Shown here piece by piece: positions 40,738 through 52,299 of a stretch of DNA of 64,000 nucleotides. Source of the DNA: Geosiphon pyriformis uo1 (Eukaryota > Fungi > Glomeromycota); the NCBI GenBank assembly GCA_016748015.1, contig JAAOMT010000563.1, positions 434,001 through 498,000 on the forward strand, in the 5' to 3' direction. Under the pieces are notes generated by a model. It made no database searches. It worked only from the letters and a program-made list of their open reading frames with translations, and was not told the DNA's origin. Numbering within the stretch: position 1 is the stretch's first letter; every line of letters begins with the position of its first letter. A program made the position numbers and the translations under genes.

Positions 40738-41999
40738 GATACTCTTATTATTGTTACTATATCATTTGAGTTTCTGCTCTTTAGAGAGATCAGAAAGCAC
40801 TATGTATATTTCAGGATTCGAGTTGAAGTCTGAATCATTGATATTTTTGTTGCCATATTGCATGGAACTGGAACTGGTGTTTTTGTCATCTTCGTTGTCA
40901 GAGTTGGAATTGGAATTGAAAATTGATTCTGATTCCGATGTGCAGCTGCTGATTGGTTTTTCTCTCTCTAAGATCATGTAGATCGTGTGGTGATGGATTG
41001 TAAATAAGGTCACACTCATTACAATATTAGAAATCACATGGGATCAAACAGTGGTCACATAGTTTAGTGTTTATTTGGGCCAAACATTGCTCTTATTCTT
41101 CTCTTGTAAGTGTTAAAGTTTGATAATGTTCATGAAACTCTTCTGGTTCCAGGAGATTTATGACCAGTTTTTTATTCCAATCGAGTTCTAAGAGTTCTGG
41201 TAGGTTGTTCTTGACTTTTTTGATTTCTTCGGATAATGCTTCTTGAATTTTGGTAAGAGCCATTCTCCAGATTTCATTGTTATTGTGTGAACAAATGTCC
41301 AATTGTTATACTGCTCTTTTCCAGGCAGCTTTTATGGGTGTCTTTTTTCTAATCCAATTACTAATGAGGATTATGTACTGGCATGAAGTGTCGTACATTC
41401 CTTCTCAACCAGGAATGTCGTTCCACATTTCTTCATTCAAGAGTGTCTCTTCACAAGCTAAACATGATGTATTGTCTCATTTCCCCACTTGGTTTGGTCT
41501 TCCAAAGCGTTCTATAATACACATGTGGCAGTAGAATCAGGTTGTTATTGCGTATTCCTCATCATTGCCACAGCATGCACCCATTGATGACAATTTCTTG
41601 TCACAATCAACACATATCAGCTTTGGTTAATGATAGCTCAATAATAGTGGTGGTGTGTATGTATAAGGGATATAACTGACAGTTGGTAGTGGTTCCTCTT
41701 TCTTCATTTTTCTTTTCTCTTTTTCTTTCTTATCCCATTCCCAAATTGGTGGTTCTTTTAAGTCATGGTCAGTGTCTCAGACTTGGTCTGTGTTCCAAGT
41801 AGGTTCTGTTCTCTTCTGTTTTTCTTTGCTATTATCGTCTCATAAGAGTATTGGTAGTAGCTCATTGTGTTTTTTGTCGGTCCACAAGACTTGATATGCT
41901 TCTCAAATAGGTTTTGGTTTTTCTTTTTTGAGGTCAATTAGTGGTGCTGTGGTGTTGATAGCTTTGAAGTAACCACACATTGCTGGTACTCGCGTGTGT

Positions 42000-44761
42000 T
42001 AACTATTCTGGCTGAATACTAGTTCTTGAGTCATCCAATCAAGCATGGCATTGGTTTTGAATAGCCAGTTATTATTAATTAATGCTTGGTATTGGGTGGC
42101 TTTTATCACCAGAACTTTGATGAGTACTACAATGCCATTGACTTCAATTGAGAAGTCATTGATTTCACCAATTGAGGTTTTGGTGGCTTCATCCACAGTG
42201 ATAATCCTGGTGCTGGCAGTGTGATCAATTTGGTGACCTAATTGATTCATGAGTTGTCATGTGATGATGCTGCCTGCTGAACCACTGTCAAGGATTAATT
42301 TGATGGAGTAGCCATTGACTTTGGTGTCAGTGTACATGGCCATGATCAGTTTTTTTTCAAGAGCTGCTCCACTGAATAATGGCATATCTGATGGTTTCTC
42401 AAGTTTGAATAGAAAGATGACATCCAAAGATTTATTTTCGGTGATTGTAGCAGGTGAGATATTATTGATAAGTGGTTGTTATTGTTCGATTCTCTGATTG
42501 CTAGATGTGGTGTTTTCTGGAGTTACCAAAAGACTTAAATAGTGTTGGGAATTTGGGTTTTGGGTGAGACTGGTGCCTGAATTCCACTAACAAGATCCTG
42601 ATTGTTGGTGGAAAGAGCTGGGGATTGGTTGATATACAACTATCGCCAATCTCCAGTTTTGGGTGCTTCTTGATCTTAAGTTCTCTGATGTCATTTGAGC
42701 TGGGTTTGCTGGTGGTGTTTGAATGGTGGGTGTTTGATAGATTGCTGGTGGCTGTGATTAATATATTACTTGTGGCTGCACCTGATAAATTGCTTGTGGT
42801 GGTGGTTGATAAACTGGAGTTTGATAAACTGGCAGTTAATAAATTGGTTGATGTGTCATAGACAGATAAGTGGGTTGGTATTGGTCTTGATTCAGGTAAT
42901 AGTTCGGAGTCTGAAACTGGTAATTGGGGTTTCTATATTGATTTCCCAATCGTAGATTGCTATAAGTATGGCAGTTGGCTCTGATGTGCTCTTGTTTACC
43001 ACAGTTGTGGCAGACGTGCATCTCTGGCTGCCATAACTGATTGGATGACGACAATGGATATGACTGATTTTGGAAACAATTCATATTTCCCTGATTGTTA
43101 TGCCGTTGAGGAGGTTGATAAATTGTGCAATTGTTAGCTAAGTATTTCTCTAATTTCTGATTAATTGAATTACTGAATTGCTTCAATTTGGAATCCAATT
43201 CAGATGATACATTCATTGCTAGATTCACAGCTTGAATGTGATTAGCTTGAATGTGATTAGCTTCTAGTTCAGCTGCTTCAAAATCTCTGGCGTATGTGAC
43301 TGCAGTTAGAAAGTCCACTGGGTGTATTGGACATATTTGTTGTAAGATGCTACTGCACAATCCTCTAATAAATTGATTTAAAATCTGTGGTGCTGTGAAA
43401 TAGTCGGCTTGAATGGCTTGTATTTAGTGTAGATTTCTATAGAAGCATCCCAAGTAGGTAGTGACTGCTTCAGTGTCTTTTTGTTTGATTGTTGTAAAGG
43501 TGTTGGCTAATTTTTTGATACTATTATTGTTGCTAAAGTACTGCAAAAATTCAGTTTTGAATCCATTAAAATTTTGGGATTTAACAGTGAGACTTTGATA
43601 CCATGCATCAGCAGTATCCTGAAGAAAGTAAGAGATTGCTTGTATCACTTTAGCATCATCCCAATTATTAGCTGTAATGGCTTTGGCTACATCATTTAAC
43701 CAGACTTGGACATTGTTTTCTTTACTGTTGAATTTGTCGAGTTTTGTGATGAGTGTGTAAGCCATTTGTTGTTGTTGTAATGGTGGAAGTTGTTGTTGTT
43801 GTTAAGACAGTACTGGTGATGGTTGTTGATTTTGTTGGTTTTGTGGTTGGATGGGCTGACCAATTGGTTCAATGAGTAGTTAATCAATGATAATAACTGG
43901 AGGTAAATATTGATTAATTACTTCGGGATTTGGATTGTTCTGATTTGGTGGTATTTGAATATTTAGAGTGTTATTTTCCTGATTGTCTAAATTTGGCTGG
44001 GTTTGAAAGTTTGGAGTTTCACTTTCTGGGTTTTCTAGGATCAGGTTTTGGTAAGTAAATTTGTGATTCTCAGATTCTTCTTCCTTTTCTACTTCTTGTC
44101 CTCCTTCTGATTCAGTAATTTCTCATGAACTTGTGGTTCTGAAATTCGGTTGAGGTGGCGGTGATCAAAATCCTGATGGCATTGGTAATTGAGATTTAAA
44201 TCCTTCATAATATTTGCCATATGGTCCTAGTAAATCCTCTTTTTTTTGTTTAGTTTGAAATGGGAAACATCCAAATGTTGATGTCATGTTTGATGCAGAT
44301 GTGTCTGTTAATAATATATTAATAGCACTTTCAGGGGTATAATGGTAGAATGGGTTGTTTGGTAACTCAACTCTAGTTTTCTTCTAAGTAAATGGTTGTA
44401 TCCTTTGAGGTGTTACTGCTGGTGTTTGTAGTTTTCCTTTGTTTTTATTTGTGTAAGTAATTGGGTATCTTTGCTGTATGTGGTGTTCAATTTTTTTGTT
44501 GATCTTAGTGATGATGAATGCGAAATTATAATTTGTGGGTAGGCTGGTGTTTTGAATTAATTTGTTGTAAAAAGTTTCTTTCACTGATTTAATATTCACG
44601 GATGTTCTCAACAGATAGGCAATCTTTTTGTTGACATAGAAATTGAAAGCTGATTTTGCTGATATGTGATTATGGGTTAATTCCAAATGTTGACAGTAAT
44701 ATTGAAATAAAGATTTCACAAATCCTAGATGGTTTGCTCTGACATTTTCTGATTCTGCCAT
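42000..44761 (-). pseudogene. gag (long N-extension, capsid, CCHC knuckle) and aspartic protease
   Basis: ATG 44761 (MAESENVRANHLGF) is in frame with the capsid (KLDKFNSKENNVQVWL...DTADAWYQ) and CHNCGKQEHIRANC. The protease motif IKLILDSGS lies at about 42275-42305. Confidence 0.88.
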
Positions 44762-44802
44762 TTTTGGATGGAGTTGTTGGTACTGGTTCTCTGTAAAATT
44801 AT

Positions 44803-44820
44803 ATCTTACAAGGAGCACCA
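44803..44820 (-). other. Primer-binding site TGGTGCTCCTTGTAAGAT, probably tRNA-Ile(UAU)
   Basis: Starts 2 nt after the 5' LTR. It is complementary to a tRNA 3' end ...GGAGCACCA, typical of eukaryotic tRNA-Ile(UAU). Confidence 0.7.
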
Positions 44821-44822
44821 AA

Positions 44823-45628
44823 TATTATGAGTGATTATTTGGGATGTTGAATCAAATAACAAACCCGTAACTTGGTGCTAAAAGTTATTTGCATTGATGT
44901 TATTAATCTGAAGGTTTTGTATCTAAAGGTTTTAGGTTGAGTTCTTGTATAATAGACAGAGATTCAATAGTTGTTTTATCTGTAGCTTCTCAGAATCGCA
45001 ATTCTGTCAATTCTTCTCTTGGCATGATGGCCAGCAATCCTCTAGTAAGTATTCTGTATCTTCTGTACATGTCCTACTCTCTCGCAGAGGTCTTTTACCA
45101 GGCAATCCTTGATGTCAGTAATCTAGTGCTTTATTCAACCAATTAGTGCACAACAATAAAATCAAAATAAAATAAAAAAAAGAAATAAAAAAAAATTATA
45201 AATAAACCAAGGTGATTTTGCAAGTCAATATCTCATTAATAGCCATGATCAAGAGCTATTGTTCCAGTGTGTTTAAGTATCAATTACTATTAACATAGAG
45301 TGTTGATAGTGGAATTAGGTTTGAGATACCAAATAGTTATTTATTGTGTTTGGAAGGTTGTTTAGATGAAATTTAAACTTGATGGTCTTTTTTTTTTAGC
45401 TTCTAATCTTACTGTTATATATACATAATTAAGATTCCTCAATTCCTCAATTCTTCACAACAGAAATCTTGGAATTTCTGGAATCCTGCAATTTTTTGTG
45501 AGAATTCTGTAATTCCTGGAATCCTGCAATTCTTGAGAAGAATCTTGGAATTCCACATTTTATTATGTTTACTTCTGATTGGCTAATAATTATGCTAATA
45601 TATATTCTCTATATTTCTATGAGTAATA
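44823..45628 (-). repeat. 5' LTR (806 bp) with CCAAT box, GGAATT(C/T) repeat array and TATA-like element
   Basis: Direct repeat of 35511-36370, with ends TATTA...TAATA. Confidence 0.95.
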
Positions 45629-48600
45629 CCTAATGTCATGGTTGATTCGTTTACAGGTCCTCTGAGTTTGAAAGATATTGGTAGTGCTGGCATCAAACCT
45701 GTGGTGTTCTGGAGTAGCAAAGTTGACAGCATTGCCAGCAGCATAAGCAATCTGTCAAATGTTGAGAAAATGGCAAACATAGTAGCCAAAGAGACCAGCT
45801 ATGTGGAATCTGGTAAGAACGACAGTATGGACAAAGCTATACCAAGGAAAATCTGCACTCAAACATACGTGTTAGGAAATCTGTCAAAGCAACCTTTTTT
45901 TAACTATATGAGCGATGATAATAATGAGCTGGTACTTCCTTCTAGTATGATTTTAAAACCCAATGAGCTGCTCCCAATTAAATCACATGCCATGGAAAAA
46001 TGAAGCTTCAATTTGTCAAAGTCTTTTGTACTTGACATTGAACTTTTAGCTGTGTCTGGTAAGACTGTTGGTAATAAGTTAATCTGTATGAAAAAATTTT
46101 TTTATTGAATAGATGGTTTTGGAGGAACTTCTACTCTCTCAAAATTCTCAGGGATCATCTGATCTTTATTTACCTCTGAATTTAGCTTGAATAAGGCAAA
46201 GGAATTGGCAATCTGTGAGAAAATTGTGATGAATAATAATCTCAAAAAGATTAGCAATTATTCAGATAAGGAAATTGTTGTTAAGGAGATTCCAGTCAAT
46301 CTTCTCAGATCAGTTATAGAATCCGTTTTTTCCAAGTTTGGAAAGATTGTATCAATCAAGATACAGTTGATTGGTCTGTGGCAAAAGGCATTAGTGGAGT
46401 TCGAGTCATCTGAGATAGCTAATTTGGTCGCAGTTAAATAGTCAGTTTATATGGGAAAGGATTCTGTTTGTGTGACAAAAGCTGTTGATAATAAACATTT
46501 GTGAATTTCCAGGGATCTCCATTGGACATTGCTGTATACTCTTTTAGTTGGTACAACAGCTTATGATCTTTCAGATTTGTTGGAATCATATGGTAGAAAA
46601 ACTTGTTTCATTGGCCATAATCTCATTTCGTATGTGCATAATAGATGTGCAATTGTGTGTTTTGTTGATGAGGCATTCAAATTGGCTGCTATTGGTTCCA
46701 CTCCGGTGTTTAAGGATGTGAATTTGCACTGGGCTGGCTTTTCTTTGGCCTGTTGTGCTTATTGTAAACAGTTTGGTCATATCTTTGCAGAGTGTTCATT
46801 GGATGAGAATTCTGGTATTTGCAGCAAGTAGATGGTAACTCCTCAGGATCAGGTCTATTTGGCAAACATATATAAGAAGAAGCAAGCACCAATTGTTCGC
46901 CCAGTTTCTTTTGGTGAGAAAACTTGGGCCCAAATCACAGGTGGTTTTTCTTTTCATAAGGTTTCATTGAATTTTTCTGGTGTTGGCTTATCTTCAGATG
47001 CAAAATCTGTCCCATCAGTTTCTGACTCTCATGGTGATTTCTGTTTGGCTGAGCAATTGGCTTCTCTGGAATGCTCTTTGGAGCTTTTAGCGAACTAGGT
47101 TTCAGATATTTTGAAAAAATTGAGTTTTGTGGAATTGGTGTCTCTGGCATCCAGTCTCCATATATCTCCTCTGGTTGTTGTTGCATCTGTTATTGCTAAT
47201 ATGAATTTGGATATGACTCTTGATGATATAACAGTGTCTTTTTCTCCCCCTCTTTCAGCTGTTGCTGGTTTAGTTGTTGACCTAAGCTCAAATAGTTCTA
47301 AAGTTTTGACCACCAAGGTGGGTGGATTGGAGTCTAAAATGGTGGCTTTAGAGGTGTTGGTGGAATCTGTTTTAAAGAGGTTGAATTATTTGTGCTCAGG
47401 TTTGGGTTTGTTAATTTCTTTTGCTCCCCAATGAGTGACTTTGTGTGGAAATTTGCAACATGTAATGTTCATGGTATCAATGTCCCTACCAAGTAGGAGA
47501 ATGTTGTTTGTTGGCATAGGGATTCTGAGAATTTGGTTTCAATCATTATGGAAACAAAGTTGAGGTCTAGCAATAGGCCTTGAATTAGAGATAAGTTCAA
47601 TGAAATTAAGGTTTTTTCATCTGGATTAGACAAAAAATTTCTTGGTGTTAGAGTCACAATTATCATGAACACTTCTCTAGCTCATCATGTTTGTAAGGTT
47701 TCTGAGGTGCTGGGTTGGCTCTTATCAGTCAAGTTGCTATTCAAGAATAAACTTTCTGTGTCTATTTTGGGGCTTTATGCTGGGGCATCTCTGGCTGCTC
47801 GTTTTTTTCAGGCTAATGTTATCAATTCTATGATTGCTAAGGCAGTTAATGAATTCTTATTTGTTGTTTTGGGTGGCGACTTCAATGAAAATGGCTTTCG
47901 AAAGAGTGCTAGTTTCAGAAAGTGTTTAGATTTTGGTTTAGTCAATTCTTTGGGTGAAAGTTCTTTTGTCAAAATGCTCACATGGACTAACTTTTGAGGC
48001 ATGGTTAAAACTATTGATTTTTTGTTCATTTCTTCGAATTTGGCTAATGCAGTAGTGGGTCCCAATGTATTTGATGTTGAAAAATTTTTTGATACTGACC
48101 ATCAGACTGTGTCTGTGAGTTTGGGTGGGCTTTTGGATGCATGGTTGAACTTTCTTCGCAAGCAAGCAAATAGAGACTGATGGAAGTTTGATTTTAAGGG
48201 TGCTAATAAAACTAAATGGAAAAATTTTGAAAATGCTATGTCAGCAAATGCTGTGATGTTTTCAGACAAGTTTGCTGTCTCTGTTAATTTCTTGGATTTA
48301 GATGCAATATAAGATGTTGTTCGTAAAATTATGGTTCTCTTGGCTAATGAGATGTTCAAAAAAAAGTGGTTTAAGAGCTTTGATGATGTTTTTACCAAAG
48401 AATCTTCGAGATATCACAAATTGGAGCTGTTAATTTCCAAAATAGTTAAAGCTTTATGTAAAAAAAGTGTTGTGAATTTTGAATCTCTTATGAAGTGCTG
48501 GGTTTATTTGGACAGTGTTGGGGCTTTGGCCATCCAAAACATTGTGAATTCTGGTGCAGGCTATAGTCAGATTCATTCTGCTCTTTGTAGTGCTAGAAAA

Positions 48601-51600
48601 GCTTATCACACATCCAAACTTGCTGAATCTTGTAGGGCTAAGAAAGCAACCATTAGAGCTGCTATAGATAAAAGAATGGAAAGCTTTAAGGTTCATAAGG
48701 GTTATACTATTAGGAGTGTGCTAGAGTGCTCATTTCGTAAAGTGGTACTCGACCATCTGGTTGTTGATAATGAACTTGTCTTGGAATTCAATTTGGTTAA
48801 ATCTAAGGTTAATGTCATCATGGAAGATTGAACTAAAAAGCATCGAGAAGTTGATAACATCTTTAGTTATTGGTGTTGTTAATATTAACCTTTGGAGTAT
48901 GTTTTTGATGAAGCTTTTTTAGGTGTTATGTGTTCTATTAAGTTTAATAAGCTGTTTGGAGTGGTTTCTTTTTTGTCTAATGGTAAAGCTGTTGGTCTCT
49001 CGTGTATATTGAATAAGTTTTGGAAACATTGTGATAAAGCTGTCCTGGATATGCTTTTAGTGTTTTTGAATTTCTGTTTGTCTAATGAGTCTGTACCTGG
49101 TTCTTAAAAAGAGGCCTGGGTCTCAATGATTACCAAACCATATGAATGGGAGGGTGTTCTTACAAATACTCAATCTATTGCTTTAATTGAGACAGCTCAT
49201 AAAATTCTCTCCAAGATTCTATCAGATAGGATTTTGTTGGCATATAGCACTTTTGATATTCTTTGTGGGGACAATTTTTCTGTTTTGAAAGATATATCAA
49301 CTTAGTCTCCTATTTTTGCAATTGATTTGGTTATTAAGGATGCTTTGGAGAAGAATCAAGAGCTTTGGTTGGTTTTACAAGATATGAAGAAGGCATATGA
49401 TTCGGTTGGCTGGAAACATCTCAAAAAAAGTTTAGTTAGAATTAAGATGTGCAGCAAGTTTATATGTTTTTTTGGCAGTATTCATAAGGATCACACCAAT
49501 TGTGTTATAACAGATTTTGGTTTAACAGGTGGCTATCGAGTACATAATGGTCTGGACTAGGAAAAAGTCTTTTCCTCTCTACTGTAGCACATATTCTATA
49601 ACCCTCTATTATGTAAAATCAAACATTAGGAGAGTATGTGTAGGTATAGGTTGAATTCTTATTTTGTTTCCAAAAATGGTCGCGCTGAATCTTGGGCTGA
49701 ACTTTCTTTTTTTTTTGCTGCTAGCACTTTTGTTGATGATACAATTTGAGTTGGTAACAGTTAAAATGCCACTCAACACATTTTTGATGTTGCTAGTGAA
49801 TTTTTTCGGATAAATGACATTTTTATAAATAATAACAAAACAGTGGCCATTTCCATCAATAGCAGGGTCAGCAATCCATCTCTTTCTATCAGTGGCTTGC
49901 CGATTTCTATTGCCAAAAAGGGTGAACCTTATTGGTATTTAGGTATTTTTCTTTCAACTAAGGGTTTCTCGAAGCCTAGTTTAGCTAAGGCGAATTCAGA
50001 TGTTTGTTTTTTTACCAATCTGGTTCTGCAGAAGGCTGTTTCAGATAAACAGCTCTTGTATTTGGTTTCGGCAGTTTTCCATTCTATAGTTAGCTATAAA
50101 ACACAGTTTAGCTTTGTTTCTGTTGGAGTGTATAACAAGTGGGTTGCTCTTATTTGCAAGGGCTTGAAGCTTAAATCTGGCTTACTGCTCAATTTTTCCA
50201 GTAATACAATTCACTATTCTTCTTTTTATAGTTTGAAATTTTTCTCCCAAGTTTAGTTTGAAAGTAAGGTTGCCTCTTTTGTTAGTTTTGCAAACTTTGG
50301 TGGTGTTGTGGGTCACTTATTTTCTTATAGGTCCTATGACTTGCAAGTTTTGTGTTGGTGCCCTGTTCATCTGTTGAGTTCTCCTGTTCGTATTCACATT
50401 AGTGCTTCTAATAATTTCTTGGCAGGCATAGTTCATGTTCTTCTTGACTGCAACCTATCTCTGGATGGCTCTTTGGTTACTCTTTTTCAATTCCACAGTG
50501 AAATTCTAATGTCTGCTGTTCTGGGTGAGTCAAAGTTTCTCAGGTTTCTTCTTTCTCTTTGGCAGCACAGTATTGCCTTTGTTGACCAACTTTGTGATCA
50601 TCATGGTGCTATATTTAATTGGTATACTTTCAAGTGTTGGAAGAGATTAGACTCTTGTGGCTCTGTTCCTGAATGGTTCAAGCTTTCTGTTACATTTCTC
50701 AATAGTGTGGGCTTTTTTTCTGCTCTCCTCTCATTTTTATGTGGTGTTGGCCCTTTAAACATTCTTGAATCTAGTAACTTTGTGTCTGTTTGCGATCATC
50801 TCTTGTAAACTGGTGTTAGCAGCTTGTCAGTATACATGGATGGGTTCCTTAGTGATTTGGGCACAGCCAGCTGTAGAGCTGGTGCTGCCGCATATTTTGA
50901 AGACATTGGTTTGGGTTTGGGTATTTGTGTATCGGATTTGATGTTATTCACTTTGGCAGAGTTGCAAGCTATTGCACTGGCTTTAGAGTGTGTTTTCCCA
51001 TTGAGCTCTGTTCTACTTTTTTTGGATAGTCAATCTGCTTTAGATGCTTGTAAATTGGAATTGAGTCTGGTGCATCCTGACTTTCATAATCAATGTTGAG
51101 TCAAGCATTGTTATATAGTTAATGTTATTTGCAGTAAGAATTTGGAGATCAGCTGACATAAGATGAAGGATCACTCTGGCATCTCAGGTAATGATTGTGC
51201 TGGCAAAATTGCTGGTGCTGCGTCTCTTTCTAATTGGTGTTTTTCTTCCCGCCTGGATGATCACTTCTTAATTGCTGATGGTGGAATTGTTTCTGGCAAC
51301 TCCAGACATTTTGTTCATGATATTTATCATTCAGTTTGTCATGCATGCTGGGAGGTTGGATCTGGTTCTAAGTTTTTGGCTAGTTGTTTGCTCTCAGAGG
51401 TTAATTGGGTTTGCTTATCATTGGTGTAGTATTCTGATTCGCATATGGCTGCCAGTTTTACCAGCAAACTCTTGGCTGATGCACGCACTTATTTTATGAA
51501 AGCTTTGCACTACCAGCTGCTTGTTCAGAAGCATCTTTATAGTAGACTGTATTTTAGTGTGTTGTACTTTTATTGTGATAAGGTGGAGGTATTGGATCAT

Positions 51601-52246
51601 GTGTTTTCTTGTAAGGTTGATGAATCTGCTTAGCAGTGTTTATTGGAATCTCATATGAGCTCCTGGATGGCGGTTTCTGGTTTTTTTCATTTCTCTTTAG
51701 GTGTGTTGTAGCAGTTGTCATTCTGTGTTTTTGATTCTTCTGTGTCCATGGCTCTTTTTAAAGGTTTTGTTTTTGATGGCTGGTTTTGCGAAGCTGTATC
51801 TATTTTTTGTGATCCCAAGGTTACCAGTTTGAAAGTTGTCAAATTTATGCATTCTTTTGGTCTTGCTTTTAGGACTGATATTTGGTCAGTTTGTGCTAAG
51901 TATTGTGCTTATATGAAAAAAAATGGGTTGATTTCTCTTGATGGCTCGACTTTCATCTTAGTCTCTGGTTTGGCTTCGAGGTTTTCTGCTGGTGTGGTCA
52001 AATTGCTTGGCATTGCTGATGGTTTTGGTATTCATTTTGGCTTTTGCAAATCTAGTTTGTTCTTTTCTGGTTTAGATGATCCAGTTTCAGTTTATATAGC
52101 TGCGTAGTGTTGTCTTGATTAGCTTGAATGACTGGTCATGTGTAGAAAGTGCATGATTTACACTTAGTTTAGATTATTTCTTTGATGTATAGCACTAGGT
52201 TGTGTTTGGACCTCACTCATTAAATAAATAAATAAATAAATAAAAA
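45629..52246 (+). mobile_element. LINE copy C, remainder (ORF1 to 47434; ORF2 47431-52107; 3' UTR; (TAAA)n tail)
   Basis: IVVKEIPVNL...FGKIVSIKIQLIGLWQKALVEF (RRM-like), CAYCKQFGHIFAEC, WKFATCNV, LGGDFNE, LQDMKKAYDSV, FVDD, VYMDG...AELQAI...DSQ...HSGISGN. The TAAA tail is at 52221-52246. Confidence 0.93.
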
Positions 52247-52299
52247 ATTTTAAATTAAATATAAATTATATACTTTTATATATAATATAGTATATTTTT

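Larger units (their letters stand above)
35511..45628 (-). mobile_element. Full-length Ty3/Gypsy LTR retrotransposon (10.1 kb) with dUTPase, nested in LINE C ORF1
   Basis: Two LTRs, a PBS and a PPT are present. Domain order on the minus strand is Gag-CCHC-PR-(Cys-rich)-dUTPase-RT-RNaseH-INT-ORF3. Inactivated by transition-derived stops. Confidence 0.95.
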
